The translations under genes and the position numbers were made by a program. The notes under the pieces are model-generated. The model searched no databases and was not told the origin of the DNA. It saw nothing but the letters and a program-made list of their open reading frames with translations. From assembly GCA_045106895.1 (NCBI GenBank), contig JBGCFM010000049.1, positions 1-64,000 of the forward strand: a DNA stretch of 64,000 nucleotides, read 5' to 3'. The DNA is from Polyangiales bacterium (lineage in GTDB: Bacteria > Myxococcota_A > Polyangia > Polyangiales > Houyiibacteriaceae). Shown here one piece after another: positions 47,238 through 57,132 of this stretch. Within the stretch, counting starts at the first letter, position 1, and every line of letters starts with the position of its first letter.

Positions 47238-49096
47238 CAGGATCTCCATCGACGACGAGCACCGAGCCCGCCGACTACAAACATAAGAAGAAGGGCCATT
47301 GGTGAGTGGCCGTTATGAGTTAGCGCACACCCTCCGGCCGACTCGAACGGAACCGTTGTGGGCGAGGAAATGTCTGGGCTTGGGCTGACACACCAACCCT
47401 CGGCGCTGGTGCCGCGGCGCTGGCAGACCAGGCCCGTTTCACAAGGCGCGTCGGACGAACACATGCGTGAGCAGACGAGGGCATCTGCGGGGCCAAGTGG
47501 CTCGCAGACGCCGGAGACGCAGTCCGACGGGAAAGCACACTCGGAACCGGTGGTCCCGAGATCTGGAGAGCAGATGCTCTGTTCGCCGACGGCGATGCAG
47601 GAGAAGTTGTCAGGGCACTCGGTCGGCGCTTCGCAGAACTGAGTACACCAGCTCACGTCGCCCTGCGTCGCGCAGAAGAGGCCTGTGGCGCAATCTCCGT
47701 TCTCCGAGCAATTTCCGCCGACGTTTCCGCGGGATCCACGAATGCAGATATTCGCGTCATTGCGGCAGTGGAACGCGTCGGGACAGTCAGCGTCGGTGGC
47801 ACAGGTTGCGGTGCAGTAGGAGTCGTCAAGGTCGCTTCGGCACATGTCGGATGCGCAGCCCATGTCGTCGTCGCACGCCTCGCCTAGGCCGGCGGGCTCG
47901 GCGAAGGTATTCTCGTCCGCGCACACGCCGCAGCCCCCGGCAGGGGCCGCACAATCTTCGCCGTCAAAGCACATGCCGTCGCCGCCGCGGCAAGACGAGA
48001 GACAGCGCAACTCACCGAGCAAAGAAGCGCAGAAGAGCGACTCGCAGTCCGTGTCTGCAGTGCAGGTCTCTCCATCGGTGCCGCTGCCGGCGGCTCCTGG
48101 AACACAGCGTCCCTCGCACCCTTCTGTCTGTGCGCAGTAGAGGCCCGTGCCGCAGCCAAGGTAGGGGCGAAGTGGGTCGCAGTCCGTCGTGCAGATGCTC
48201 CCCGCCGCGGTCTCCTCGCAGCGTGTGCTGGAACACTCGTCGTCGCTCGAACAAGCCTCGCCAAGTTCGAGGCAGCCTTCGTCCACGTCACCGTCGCAGT
48301 TGTCGTCGATGCCGTTGCACAACTCTTCGCCGGTGTTGACACAAGCGCCGCTCTCCATGAGGACTCGGTCGATGTCTTCGAGGAAGATGTCCACGCGGTT
48401 GTAGCCGTTGAACCCACCGCTTCCGCAGACGCCGCTGCCGAATGAAGTGACAGCGACCACCTGGTCGTCTTCGGTGATCAAGGGGCCGCCGGAGTCACCC
48501 TGACAGGTGGCCGGAGGCGTGGAGAGGATGGTGGCGTCGATGGAGTTGATCTGGGTCGTGACGCGGTACTTCACGCCGCTGCTCCCGTCGCGAATCTGTC
48601 CGAATCCCACGGCGCGGACGGGCTGAGCGAGGAAGTCGCGTGGGTGACCTCGATAAACGGTGAGCGGCGTGACGCTGGCCGCGCGCTGAAGGGTGATGAG
48701 CGCGACATCAACACCCGGCAGCCCGGTGAGTCGACCATCGTCGAAGTAAGGCCCCGGCGTCGTCCAGATCGAAGAAACTCGGTACGTCTCTGTGAGGCCG
48801 TTGATGCTGTCGCCGACGCCAATGACGAAGAGGTTCGTGCCGAAGGGCGCCGAGGCACCGTCCCCTTGAACACAGTGCTTCGCCGTCAGGACCACGCGCG
48901 GCGCGACGAGGCTGCCGCTGCACAGGCCACCGGCGCGGTTGTAGACGAGGACGACCGCCTGCTCGTTGTTGCGTGTTCGTTCGCCGTCGACGATGGCGGA
49001 TTCGCTGCTCGCGACCTGTGGACCCTCCCCACAGCCCAGGAGTCCTAGGACGAGGACGGAGAGGAGCGCATGTGGGAGAACGTAGGAAGGCCGCAT
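47237..49096 (-). CDS. S1 (trypsin-fold) serine protease paralog with Cys-rich repeats and MYXO-CTERM tail
   Basis: Lipobox LLGC, IVDG, LTAKHC, DVALI, GDSGGP, ELCNGIDDNCDG, tail GGCAL...GARRRWRS. Confidence 0.9.
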   Translation of the reverse strand: MRPSYVLPHALLSVLVLGLLGCGEGPQVASSESAIVDGERTRNNEQAVVLVYNRAGGLCSGSLVAPRVVLTAKHCVQGDGASAPFGTNLFVIGVGDSINGLTETYRVSSIWTTPGPYFDDGRLTGLPGVDVALITLQRAASVTPLTVYRGHPRDFLAQPVRAVGFGQIRDGSSGVKYRVTTQINSIDATILSTPPATCQGDSGGPLITEDDQVVAVTSFGSGVCGSGGFNGYNRVDIFLEDIDRVLMESGACVNTGEELCNGIDDNCDGDVDEGCLELGEACSSDDECSSTRCEETAAGSICTTDCDPLRPYLGCGTGLYCAQTEGCEGRCVPGAAGSGTDGETCTADTDCESLFCASLLGELRCLSSCRGGDGMCFDGEDCAAPAGGCGVCADENTFAEPAGLGEACDDDMGCASDMCRSDLDDSYCTATCATDADCPDAFHCRNDANICIRGSRGNVGGNCSENGDCATGLFCATQGDVSWCTQFCEAPTECPDNFSCIAVGEQSICSPDLGTTGSECAFPSDCVSGVCEPLGPADALVCSRMCSSDAPCETGLVCQRRGTSAEGWCVSPSPDISSPTTVPFESAGGCALTHNGHSPMALLLMFVVGGLGARRRWRS

Positions 49097-49123
49097 TGCG
49101 ACGGCAGCCTAGCAGCGCTTTCC

Positions 49124-49151
49124 AGTGTACGCGAGGTGCACAGTGGTTCAA
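49124..49151 (-). promoter_or_regulatory. Putative sigma70 promoter for the protease pair
   Basis: TTGAAC-N16-TACACT on the minus strand with upstream A/T tracts. Confidence 0.45.
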
Positions 49152-49253
49152 AAAAGCCCTGCAGAAAGGCATTTTTGCGTTCAATTTTTCGAATGGTGTG
49201 TTGCACCACGCGATATCAGTCGCTTTGTCCCCTGCGGCGTCAGCTCTGGCGAG

Positions 49254-52232
49254 TCAGATCTCGCGGCGCCAATGATGCGCTGAATGCACGTCACCCGCTT
49301 CGGACGCGGAAGCGTGGGCGGCACGGAAACGTTCGCGCGCTTCTGCGGTGTCGCCTGCTTTTCTCGCGAGGGTGCCCAGCAGACCTTGGCCTCTTGCCAC
49401 GAGGGCAGGAGCGTCACCCAGCGCCGTTGCCAGCGAGATGGCGGACTCCGCCTCTTGCCTCGCACGCTCCAAATCACCGGCCGCGAGTGTCGCGTCGGCC
49501 AACTGAAACTGCGCGAGCGTCTGGGACAGGCCTTCGCCCGTCGAGAGTTCAAGAGCCCGGCGAAATGCGTTGGCTGCGCCAGCCGGGTCGCCCGCGGCGA
49601 GTCGTAGTTCACCGATCGCAAGCTGGAGTTCGATCTCCGCGCCAACATCTTCGCCGGTGACGATTTCAAGGGCTTGGCCGAAGAGCCGCATCGCGTCGCG
49701 ATGACGTTCGCGTAGCTGAGCGATTCGACCAAGGACGATGTAGAGTCGGCCGCGCGCGAGGGAAGAAGGTCCGGCGAGATCCAAGACCTCGCGGATGACT
49801 CCGTCGGCGTGGGCGATGTCGCCGGCGTTGGCGAGCGCCCAGGCGAGCTTTCGTGAGAACGTGACGATGGCGGCGTCCATGACGTCATCACCGCTCTCCA
49901 TCATCTCGCGTCTTGCCAGCTCAAGGCAGCGCCGGAAGGCGAGGATGGATGCGCGGTGGTCGCCACGTTTGGCTCCGGCGTCTCCCATTCGCTCGAGCGT
50001 CATCAGCGCGCGCATTGTCTCGCCGCTTCGGTAGGCGTGTTCGGCCACGACCTCAAGCGCCGCGTCCGGACGCTTCGAAACCACATTCTGCACATCCAAA
50101 TGAAGCTTCTTGCGGGCTTCCGCCGGCATGAACGCTTCGATGAGGCGGGAGATGAAGGGGTGGGTGATTTCGAGGGAGCCGCTCACAAGAGAGGCGAGCC
50201 GTTTGTTCGTCAGGGTGTCGCCGGCGCGAATGTCCTCGATGGACACGACTTCGCGAAGCTCTTCGAGACTCGCCCGCCCACCGAATACCGCCAAAGCCTG
50301 AAGGAGTCGGCGTGCTTCGATGTCGAGGTCGTCGAAGCGTTGGGACACGGCGTCGGCAAGACGAGGAGGCAAGCCCGCGTCGACGGGTGACCTCGCCCCG
50401 AGCGCTTCGATCTGCTCCAAAAAGAGCGGAAGGAATCGGCGCTTCGTGAGCTCCGGACCATCCGAATCTCCGCTGTCTGACTTTGCGAAGAATCGCTGGC
50501 TCTCGGCGAGCGTAAGTCCCTCGACCTCGATGGAGGTCTCGGCGTCGACGGGCGCGTGACTCGCGAACAGAAGGGTCAGCGGGAGGGCGTCCTCACGAGC
50601 GAGACGACGGAGCACCCGCTGCGAGAGAACGTCGCACTCGTCGAAGTCGTCGACGATGAGGGCGATGCGTGATGCTCCCGTGCGTTCGAGAGCGATATCC
50701 AAGGTCGCTCGGAGAGCGCGGGCGACTGCAGCCGAGCGGGACCCGCCGAGTTTGCCACGTAAGCCCTTCGGAGAGATGAGCTCGGACAGGCCCGCGCAGG
50801 CGATGGGGTCCGCGAAGAGCGGCTCTTCTTGCTCGAGATCACCGATGTCTTCCACCGGCATGTCGAGGAGACCCGTCAAGAGCTGGCGAATCACAAGGTA
50901 GGGCACGGGCGCGCCGAGGGGGTGAGGCGTGGACCCAATGACGAGGTCGCCGGCGGTCGAGAGGAGCGTTCCCGTCTCTCGCAGCAACCGGCTCTTGCCG
51001 ATACCCGCTTCGCCGTGGAGCGAAATGCATCGAACACCGGTTCCCCGCGCAGCGTTCATGATCTCATCGAGGATCGAACGACGTCCAACGAGTGGTCGGT
51101 CGTCGTCGCTCAGCGGATAGAACGACGCCTGCGAAGAAGAGCGCGAGCGGCGTGAAGGAAGCGAAGCTCCCAGCCGGGTCCCGCAGCTTCCACAGAAGCG
51201 CATCGACTCTGGGTTCTCGGCGCTGCAGCTCGGGCAGACGATGACATCTTGGCGGGGGGCGCTCAGACCCTCCCGAGCCAGCTCGATCGCCTTCGACATC
51301 TCGTGGGCGGTTTGGTAGCGGTCCTCCGGTTTCTTTTGGAGCGCCCGCATCGCGATCTCCGCAAGGCTGTCGGGGATGCCGCGATGAGGGGCCGCTTTTC
51401 TTGGGTCCGGGACCGGGTCGTTGATGTGGCGAAGGACGACTTTGGTCGGGGTCTCATCTTCGAAGGGAAGGTGGTCCGCCAGCAGCTCGAAGAGAACCAC
51501 GCCGAGGGCATAGAGGTCACCGCGACCGTCGACGGCTTCGCCACGGCCTTGCTCCGGCGGCATGTAGTCGGGGGTGCCGCACACCAAGCCGGGCTTCGTG
51601 ATCGACGTGTTCTCTCGGCCGACGATGGTCGCGAGACCGAAATCGACAACTTTGACGAGGTCTCGGCCCGAACCCATGTTCCGAAGAATGATGTTCTCGG
51701 GCTTCAGGTCGCGGTGCACGACGTCGTTGCGATGCGCTTCTTCGAGGGCGCTGAGGACCTCCGTAAGGATGTCGCAGCTTCGCCGAAACGGGATGGGCCC
51801 GTCTTCGTGCATGATCATCGCTAGGTCGCGACCCGCGAGGAATTCCATCGCGAGGTAGAGGACGCCGTCGTCGGTTCGACCGAAGTCGATGATGCTCACG
51901 CTGTTCGGGTGGTTCAGCCGGCTGCTGGCGCGAGCTTCGGTGTAGAAGCGCGCAACGGTTTGATCGTCGCTCAGCAGATGTGGGTGAATCACCTTGATGG
52001 CGACGGTGCGGCCCAGGGTGCTCTGCTCGGCGCGGTACACGCGGCCCATGCCGCCGACACCGACGATCTCTTGCATGACGTAGGAGCCGCCAATGGTGCG
52101 TCCAACGAGTGGATCCGTCGAAGCTCCGGACTCTTTGAGCAAGAGTGCTCCGCACGAAGCGCAAAAGCGGTCTTCAAGACTGGAGGCTGATCCGCACTGG
52201 TGGCAGAGACGCACCGCCGGACAATACACCAT
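49254..52232 (-). CDS. Ser/Thr protein kinase with zinc ribbons, AAA ATPase and TPR domains
   Basis: GVGGMGRVY, VAIK, HRDLKPEN, DFG, GTPDYMPPE, CPSC/CGSC, Walker A GEAGIGKS. Start may be GTG 52214. Confidence 0.92.
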   Translation of the reverse strand: MVYCPAVRLCHQCGSASSLEDRFCASCGALLLKESGASTDPLVGRTIGGSYVMQEIVGVGGMGRVYRAEQSTLGRTVAIKVIHPHLLSDDQTVARFYTEARASSRLNHPNSVSIIDFGRTDDGVLYLAMEFLAGRDLAMIMHEDGPIPFRRSCDILTEVLSALEEAHRNDVVHRDLKPENIILRNMGSGRDLVKVVDFGLATIVGRENTSITKPGLVCGTPDYMPPEQGRGEAVDGRGDLYALGVVLFELLADHLPFEDETPTKVVLRHINDPVPDPRKAAPHRGIPDSLAEIAMRALQKKPEDRYQTAHEMSKAIELAREGLSAPRQDVIVCPSCSAENPESMRFCGSCGTRLGASLPSRRSRSSSQASFYPLSDDDRPLVGRRSILDEIMNAARGTGVRCISLHGEAGIGKSRLLRETGTLLSTAGDLVIGSTPHPLGAPVPYLVIRQLLTGLLDMPVEDIGDLEQEEPLFADPIACAGLSELISPKGLRGKLGGSRSAAVARALRATLDIALERTGASRIALIVDDFDECDVLSQRVLRRLAREDALPLTLLFASHAPVDAETSIEVEGLTLAESQRFFAKSDSGDSDGPELTKRRFLPLFLEQIEALGARSPVDAGLPPRLADAVSQRFDDLDIEARRLLQALAVFGGRASLEELREVVSIEDIRAGDTLTNKRLASLVSGSLEITHPFISRLIEAFMPAEARKKLHLDVQNVVSKRPDAALEVVAEHAYRSGETMRALMTLERMGDAGAKRGDHRASILAFRRCLELARREMMESGDDVMDAAIVTFSRKLAWALANAGDIAHADGVIREVLDLAGPSSLARGRLYIVLGRIAQLRERHRDAMRLFGQALEIVTGEDVGAEIELQLAIGELRLAAGDPAGAANAFRRALELSTGEGLSQTLAQFQLADATLAAGDLERARQEAESAISLATALGDAPALVARGQGLLGTLARKAGDTAEARERFRAAHASASEAGDVHSAHHWRREI

Positions 52233-52352
52233 TCAGGTACGCCTCACGTACGGAAGATCGATTGATTTGTTTACGTCGCCAGAATCCGCCACCCGCCTTG
52301 ACGCGGACGCGCGGGCCTTGACGAACGCTCGTGAGCACGCTCCGATGTATCC

Positions 52353-53105
52353 GTGGCGAGCGATTTCGCGGAGTCGAGTGCTCCAGAGCTTTCAGGAGAA
52401 CCGCCGAAGGGCGCTGGCGATACGAAGGCCCTCCTATGGGTGGGTGCTGTCGCGCTCAACCTTTGGCTCGTCGCCGTGGCCATTCCAGGTCTGCGTGCGC
52501 AGTCCGAATCGTCCATCGTCGAAATTGCGTTCGCTGCCCTTACTCTTTTTGGGGTGGGTGTTGCCGCATACAGCGCCAGGGAGCGGCGCAGTGCCTTGCT
52601 CCTCGTCGCGTTTCCAACACTTACCTTTGTCCACCTCGCCGCGGGGTTTGGCGCCCAAGACGGCTTCGCCCTCATCGCGACGAGCGGCGCCATGGCGGCC
52701 TATGTGGCGACGGCCTCGGTGTTTGGCTCCCGACCAAGCTGGCGAAGCGTACATGTGCGCACACTCGGCGAACGTCCCCCGGGAAAGGAAGCCGCGCGGC
52801 GTGCGGGGCTTCGTCGTTTCGTCACCGCGCTCGTGGCTATCGCGTCCTTTGTCGTTGGCGTGGTTGTTCCTGCTCTGGGCTTCGACGATGCGAGCTGGAA
52901 CGAAAACGCGAGGCCAGCGGCACGTGCTCTTGTCGCCGTCATGAGCGGCCTGGTCGCGACGCTCATGCTCGCCGCTTTCGCAGGTCCCGCCGCACGCCGT
53001 CGCCGTCGCGGCTCGTCGACGGCGGAACGTCGAAGCCGTCGCGTCGGGATGCTCCTCACGGTGGCCATCTTCGGCGCGTTCCTGGCGTTCGTCATCTCTC
53101 GCTGA
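52353..53105 (+). CDS. Hypothetical multi-pass membrane protein
   Basis: About 7 hydrophobic segments separated by Arg-rich loops. Confidence 0.65.
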   Translation: MASDFAESSAPELSGEPPKGAGDTKALLWVGAVALNLWLVAVAIPGLRAQSESSIVEIAFAALTLFGVGVAAYSARERRSALLLVAFPTLTFVHLAAGFGAQDGFALIATSGAMAAYVATASVFGSRPSWRSVHVRTLGERPPGKEAARRAGLRRFVTALVAIASFVVGVVVPALGFDDASWNENARPAARALVAVMSGLVATLMLAAFAGPAARRRRRGSSTAERRSRRVGMLLTVAIFGAFLAFVISR

Positions 53106-53154
53106 GCGCAGAGCACGACAGCACCGGCCGAGCGCCTGGTTTGGCGTCGAGAGC

Positions 53155-54609
53155 CTACTCGGCGCTCTTCACCACGGCTTCGTAGTCGGCGCGGAGGGAG
53201 TCGACTTGGGCGAGCAATGACGCGCGCTGGCCCAGGAGCGCACGGACTCGTCGTTTTTGCGTTCGAAAGAGCACGCCAAAGAGGATGCGTCGACGCATCT
53301 GCTGCAGCGTGCGCCGATAGCGCATGAACCACACGCCGCTCGTCGCGACGACAAAGAGGTAGAGCGCCGTGACGAGCCAGGAGCCGGACCCATGCCAGGC
53401 GATGGCGCCGAAGGCGAAGTAAGCGGCGCCGAAGAAACCGAGCCCACCTCCGAAGGCGCGAATCGCCATCATCGCTTCTTCCGGCGCCGCCAGGGCGAAG
53501 CGGCGCGTCAGCCGAAAAGGGACGAAGTTGTGAATCAACCCGTAGAGCGCGATGGGCGAGAGGAAGACGGCGTAGAGCATGAGCCAGATGCTCTGCCGCC
53601 TCGTCGAGAGCGTCTCGGCATTGCGCTCGGCGAAGTCCTCTCGCAGGCGTAGTCGCTCGAGGTGGGTCTGGTAACGGCTCAAGTCTTCTTCGAGTTTTTG
53701 GAGTCGTTCGGGTTCGTGCTCTTGGAAGTGTTCTGCCGCGTCAGCGATCCACTGTTTGACCTGGAAACGTTCTTCCAAGGGGGCCTTTTGTTTTCCGCGT
53801 CCAAGTACGCGCTGGGTCAGGCGTTCGTCGAAGGTTCGGAGGTCGAGGCTCGGCGCGATTTCGTCCGCGATGCGCTCGCCGGCGAGGGCGTCGATGGCTT
53901 CGACGAGGTCTACCGCGTGTTCGTCTACGTGTGTCGCGACGCTGCGCATTGCGTCCTGAAGGCGGTCGGTGACTTCGCGCGCGGCGGCGCTTGGGTCTTC
54001 GGCGTAGCGCGCTTCGTAGGCGCGTAGCTCGATGGGCTCGCCGAAGCGAACGAGGACCTTGGACAGAAAGCGGTCGCGGTCTTCGTAGTTGAGGCCCACG
54101 GGAATGATGCGTAGGTCGAGGGCGAAACCCGCCGCCGCTTCCGCGCCGAGACCGATGCGCGCGCAGCCGGTCTTGATGTCGCGGACAAAACGAGTGGGCG
54201 CGTTCTGACCTTCGGGAAAGATGCCGAGGACATCGCCGCCCCTGAGGAGCTCGTAGGCGGCGGCGAAGGCGTCGTCGTTGGACATCGACGCCGACGGGTC
54301 TTTCAGATCTTGGCGGCGCCGGATTGGAATCGCTCCGGCGCCACGCAAGAGCGCACCCACGACGGGGTTTTTGAAGAGCCCACTGCGCGCCAGGTAGTGA
54401 ATCGTTCTCGGAACCTCACTCCCAAGGACCAAGGTGTCCATGATGGAGTTTGGGTGGTTGGACGCGAAGATCGTCGCCCCATGCGCCGGAATATTGCTCT
54501 CACCGCTCGTCTGGATGTCCAGGAAGAAGAAACGAATCCCGCGGCGAAAGGCTCGTCTGAGGGATGAATAGAGCCAAGGCACACGGAAGCCTATCGCCCG
54601 CGGCTGCAA
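53155..54609 (-). CDS. PlsC-family (glycerol-3-phosphate/lysophospholipid) acyltransferase with C-terminal TM segments
   Basis: NHPNSIMD (HxxxxD), LARSGLF, IFPEG, IKTGCARI. Confidence 0.88.
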   Translation of the reverse strand: MQPRAIGFRVPWLYSSLRRAFRRGIRFFFLDIQTSGESNIPAHGATIFASNHPNSIMDTLVLGSEVPRTIHYLARSGLFKNPVVGALLRGAGAIPIRRRQDLKDPSASMSNDDAFAAAYELLRGGDVLGIFPEGQNAPTRFVRDIKTGCARIGLGAEAAAGFALDLRIIPVGLNYEDRDRFLSKVLVRFGEPIELRAYEARYAEDPSAAAREVTDRLQDAMRSVATHVDEHAVDLVEAIDALAGERIADEIAPSLDLRTFDERLTQRVLGRGKQKAPLEERFQVKQWIADAAEHFQEHEPERLQKLEEDLSRYQTHLERLRLREDFAERNAETLSTRRQSIWLMLYAVFLSPIALYGLIHNFVPFRLTRRFALAAPEEAMMAIRAFGGGLGFFGAAYFAFGAIAWHGSGSWLVTALYLFVVATSGVWFMRYRRTLQQMRRRILFGVLFRTQKRRVRALLGQRASLLAQVDSLRADYEAVVKSAE

Positions 54610-54682
54610 AGCTCCACGAAATCGCTCCGCCGACGTTCAACCTCGTCAACCTAAGCTCCGCAACCTGCTAGTGTCCGCCGCT

Positions 54683-56233
54683 ATGAAAAGCGTCGATGTT
54701 GGAGAGCGGTTTGGGCTTGGGGATCTAGAGGCGATCGCCCGCGGCGAGGCGCTGCTGGTGTTTAGGGATGAAGCTCGGCAACGCGTGCGGGCAGCCAACG
54801 CGTTCGTGCGAAGCCTCGCCCAAAAAGGCAACGCGGCTCCCAACGTGTACGGCGTGAACACGGGCTTCGGCGCCCTCGCGGAGACGCGTATCGATGAAGG
54901 TGAGATCGAGACCCTTCAGCACAACCTTCTGCGCAGCCACGCGTGCGGCGTCGGCGCCGACCTGCCGAGGGACTCCGTGCGGGCGATGATCGCGCTCCGC
55001 GCTCAGGTGCTCGCCCTCGGTCACTCCGGCGTTCGTGAGGTGGTCATCGAGCGACTGCTCTCGCTCTTGGAAAAGGATGTGCTGCCTCGCGTTCCCGCTC
55101 AGGGTTCCGTCGGCGCGAGCGGCGACTTGGCGCCATTGGCGCACTTGGCGCTGGTTCTCATCGGCGAAGGGGAAGCCGACTTTGAGGGCGTGCGCAGCAG
55201 CGGCGCTGATGCGCTTCGTCGCGCCGGCATTGAGCCCATTCGTCTACAGGCCAAAGAAGGTTTGGCGCTCATCAACGGAACACAGCTCATGCTCGCCATC
55301 GGCGGCCTTGCTGTGGTTCGCGGTCGAAGGCTCTGTCAGATGGCCGACGTGATGGGCGCCATCAGCCTCGACGCCTTGCAGGGTTCGGCGCGACCTTTCG
55401 ATGAACGTATTCAGTCCGTGCGCCCCCATCCAGGGCAGGCGGCGAGCGCCGGGAACTTGCGTAAGCTCCTCGCGCAGAGCGACATCATGGAGAGTCACCG
55501 CGACTGCAAGAAAGTGCAGGACCCGTACTCGCTTCGTTGCATGCCGCAGATTCACGGCGCGAGTCGGGATGCGTTGGAGTTCGCGTGGAACGTTTGTGAA
55601 CGCGAGATCATGGCGGCGACGGACAATCCGCTCATCTTTGTGGATGAAGCCGCGGAGCATGGTGCGGAGGTCATCAGTGGCGGGAACTTCCATGGGCAAC
55701 CTTTGGCCATCGCTTTGGATACAGCGGCGATGGCCATCGCTGAGCTCGCCAACGTCTCCGAGCGCCGAATCGAGCAGCTGGTCAACCCGGCGATGTCGAG
55801 CGGCCTTCCGCCCTTTTTGGGAACACGAAGCGGCCTCGACTCCGGATTCATGATGGCGCAGGTCACCGCCGCGGCGCTGGTGAGCGAAAACCGTGTGCTC
55901 TGTCATCCTTCGTCGACGGATTCGATACCGAGCTCTGCGGGCAAAGAGGACCACGTATCCATGGGCAGCATCTCGGCGCGCCACGCAGCCCGCGTGGCGG
56001 ACCACGTCGAGATTGTGCTCGGCATCGAAGGCCTGGTGGCCGCGCAAGGCGTTGACCTGCGCGGCCTCGCGCCTGGTCTTGGAGTGCGTGCGGCGCATGC
56101 ATGCATTCGGACGCGGGTCCCGAAGCTCGACGGGGACCGAACGCTGCATCCAGACATGGAGGCGGTACGCGCGCAGATCGCCGACGGGAGTCTTCAAGCC
56201 GCCGTCGAAGGCGCGATCGGTACGCTGCTGTGA
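54683..56233 (+). CDS. hutH: Histidine ammonia-lyase
   Basis: YGVNTGFG, LRSHACG (SH = His-specific), GSVGASGDLAPL (MIO), QDPYSLRC, GGNFHG, EDHVSM. Confidence 0.95.
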   Translation: MKSVDVGERFGLGDLEAIARGEALLVFRDEARQRVRAANAFVRSLAQKGNAAPNVYGVNTGFGALAETRIDEGEIETLQHNLLRSHACGVGADLPRDSVRAMIALRAQVLALGHSGVREVVIERLLSLLEKDVLPRVPAQGSVGASGDLAPLAHLALVLIGEGEADFEGVRSSGADALRRAGIEPIRLQAKEGLALINGTQLMLAIGGLAVVRGRRLCQMADVMGAISLDALQGSARPFDERIQSVRPHPGQAASAGNLRKLLAQSDIMESHRDCKKVQDPYSLRCMPQIHGASRDALEFAWNVCEREIMAATDNPLIFVDEAAEHGAEVISGGNFHGQPLAIALDTAAMAIAELANVSERRIEQLVNPAMSSGLPPFLGTRSGLDSGFMMAQVTAAALVSENRVLCHPSSTDSIPSSAGKEDHVSMGSISARHAARVADHVEIVLGIEGLVAAQGVDLRGLAPGLGVRAAHACIRTRVPKLDGDRTLHPDMEAVRAQIADGSLQAAVEGAIGTLL

Positions 56234-57132
56234 AGCGAACCCTGGCGCTGGCCTTGTTGGCGCTAGTTCTGCTCCGGTCTGGGCCCGCGTCTGCTCAGGC
56301 CCAGGAAGCAGCGGAGCCGGGGCCTGTCGCCGAGACGGGCCCGGACGCCAGCGACGGAGAGCCTGAGGACGCCGTCGTCTCGGGCGAGGGAGTTCCTGCG
56401 GGAGACCCGCTCGCCGCTCCTGATGAGGACGCTTCTGTTCCGAGTGAGGACACGAGCGATGAATACGTCCTCGGTGAAAGCACGCTCCACTTGGACATGC
56501 CGACGTCGCCGATGTCGATGGAGAGTCTCCAAGGAAGCGATGGGAGCACCGACGCGACAGTCGTCATGCATCACGATTTAGAACTCGCGCTCCGTCTTCC
56601 TACGTACGACTTTGACGGCGTCTCGTTCATCAGCGCATCGCGTTCGCTCATCACCGCGGTCCTCGAGACCTACTGCGCCGCGGGCCTGCTCTTCCCCGGC
56701 GACGACGGATACGACGTCGGCGAAGTGCTCCTCGGTGCCGGCTGTCTCCTCGGCGCCACGACGCTCTACATCATGGGCATTCGGAAGTTGATGCATCCGA
56801 GCGAAGAGCGACGCGCCATCGAGCGACTCGCTCGTTTCGAAGCACTTCGCAATGGCGAAGGCGTCAGCGACGAAGACGTCGCCATGTTCGAGAACGAACT
56901 GCATTCCGCGGCTCGTCGCGACCGCCGCCGCCGCATCATCGAGATCATCTTCGGTGGTCTCAACATCGTCGCGACGGCGACCATCGCTGGCCTCACGGCG
57001 CGTGGGCGAATCGACAGCACCGTCGGCACCAGCATTGCCACTGGGACCGGCGCGCTCGGCGTGCTGAGTCTCTCGTCGATCTTTGTGCGCTCGCCTTCGG
57101 AGCGCGCGTGGAGCGGGTACGAGGCGCGCTAG
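56230..57132 (+). CDS. Hypothetical secreted/membrane protein
   Basis: GTGA coupling to hutH, signal peptide MKRTLALALLAL...ASA, C-terminal TM segments. Confidence 0.6.
   Translation: MKRTLALALLALVLLRSGPASAQAQEAAEPGPVAETGPDASDGEPEDAVVSGEGVPAGDPLAAPDEDASVPSEDTSDEYVLGESTLHLDMPTSPMSMESLQGSDGSTDATVVMHHDLELALRLPTYDFDGVSFISASRSLITAVLETYCAAGLLFPGDDGYDVGEVLLGAGCLLGATTLYIMGIRKLMHPSEERRAIERLARFEALRNGEGVSDEDVAMFENELHSAARRDRRRRIIEIIFGGLNIVATATIAGLTARGRIDSTVGTSIATGTGALGVLSLSSIFVRSPSERAWSGYEAR

Noticed and set aside
45387..49096. Diversity-generating or silent-cassette relationship between the two proteases
   Set aside because: Both are full-length and diverged throughout. No reverse transcriptase or near-identical repeat is present.
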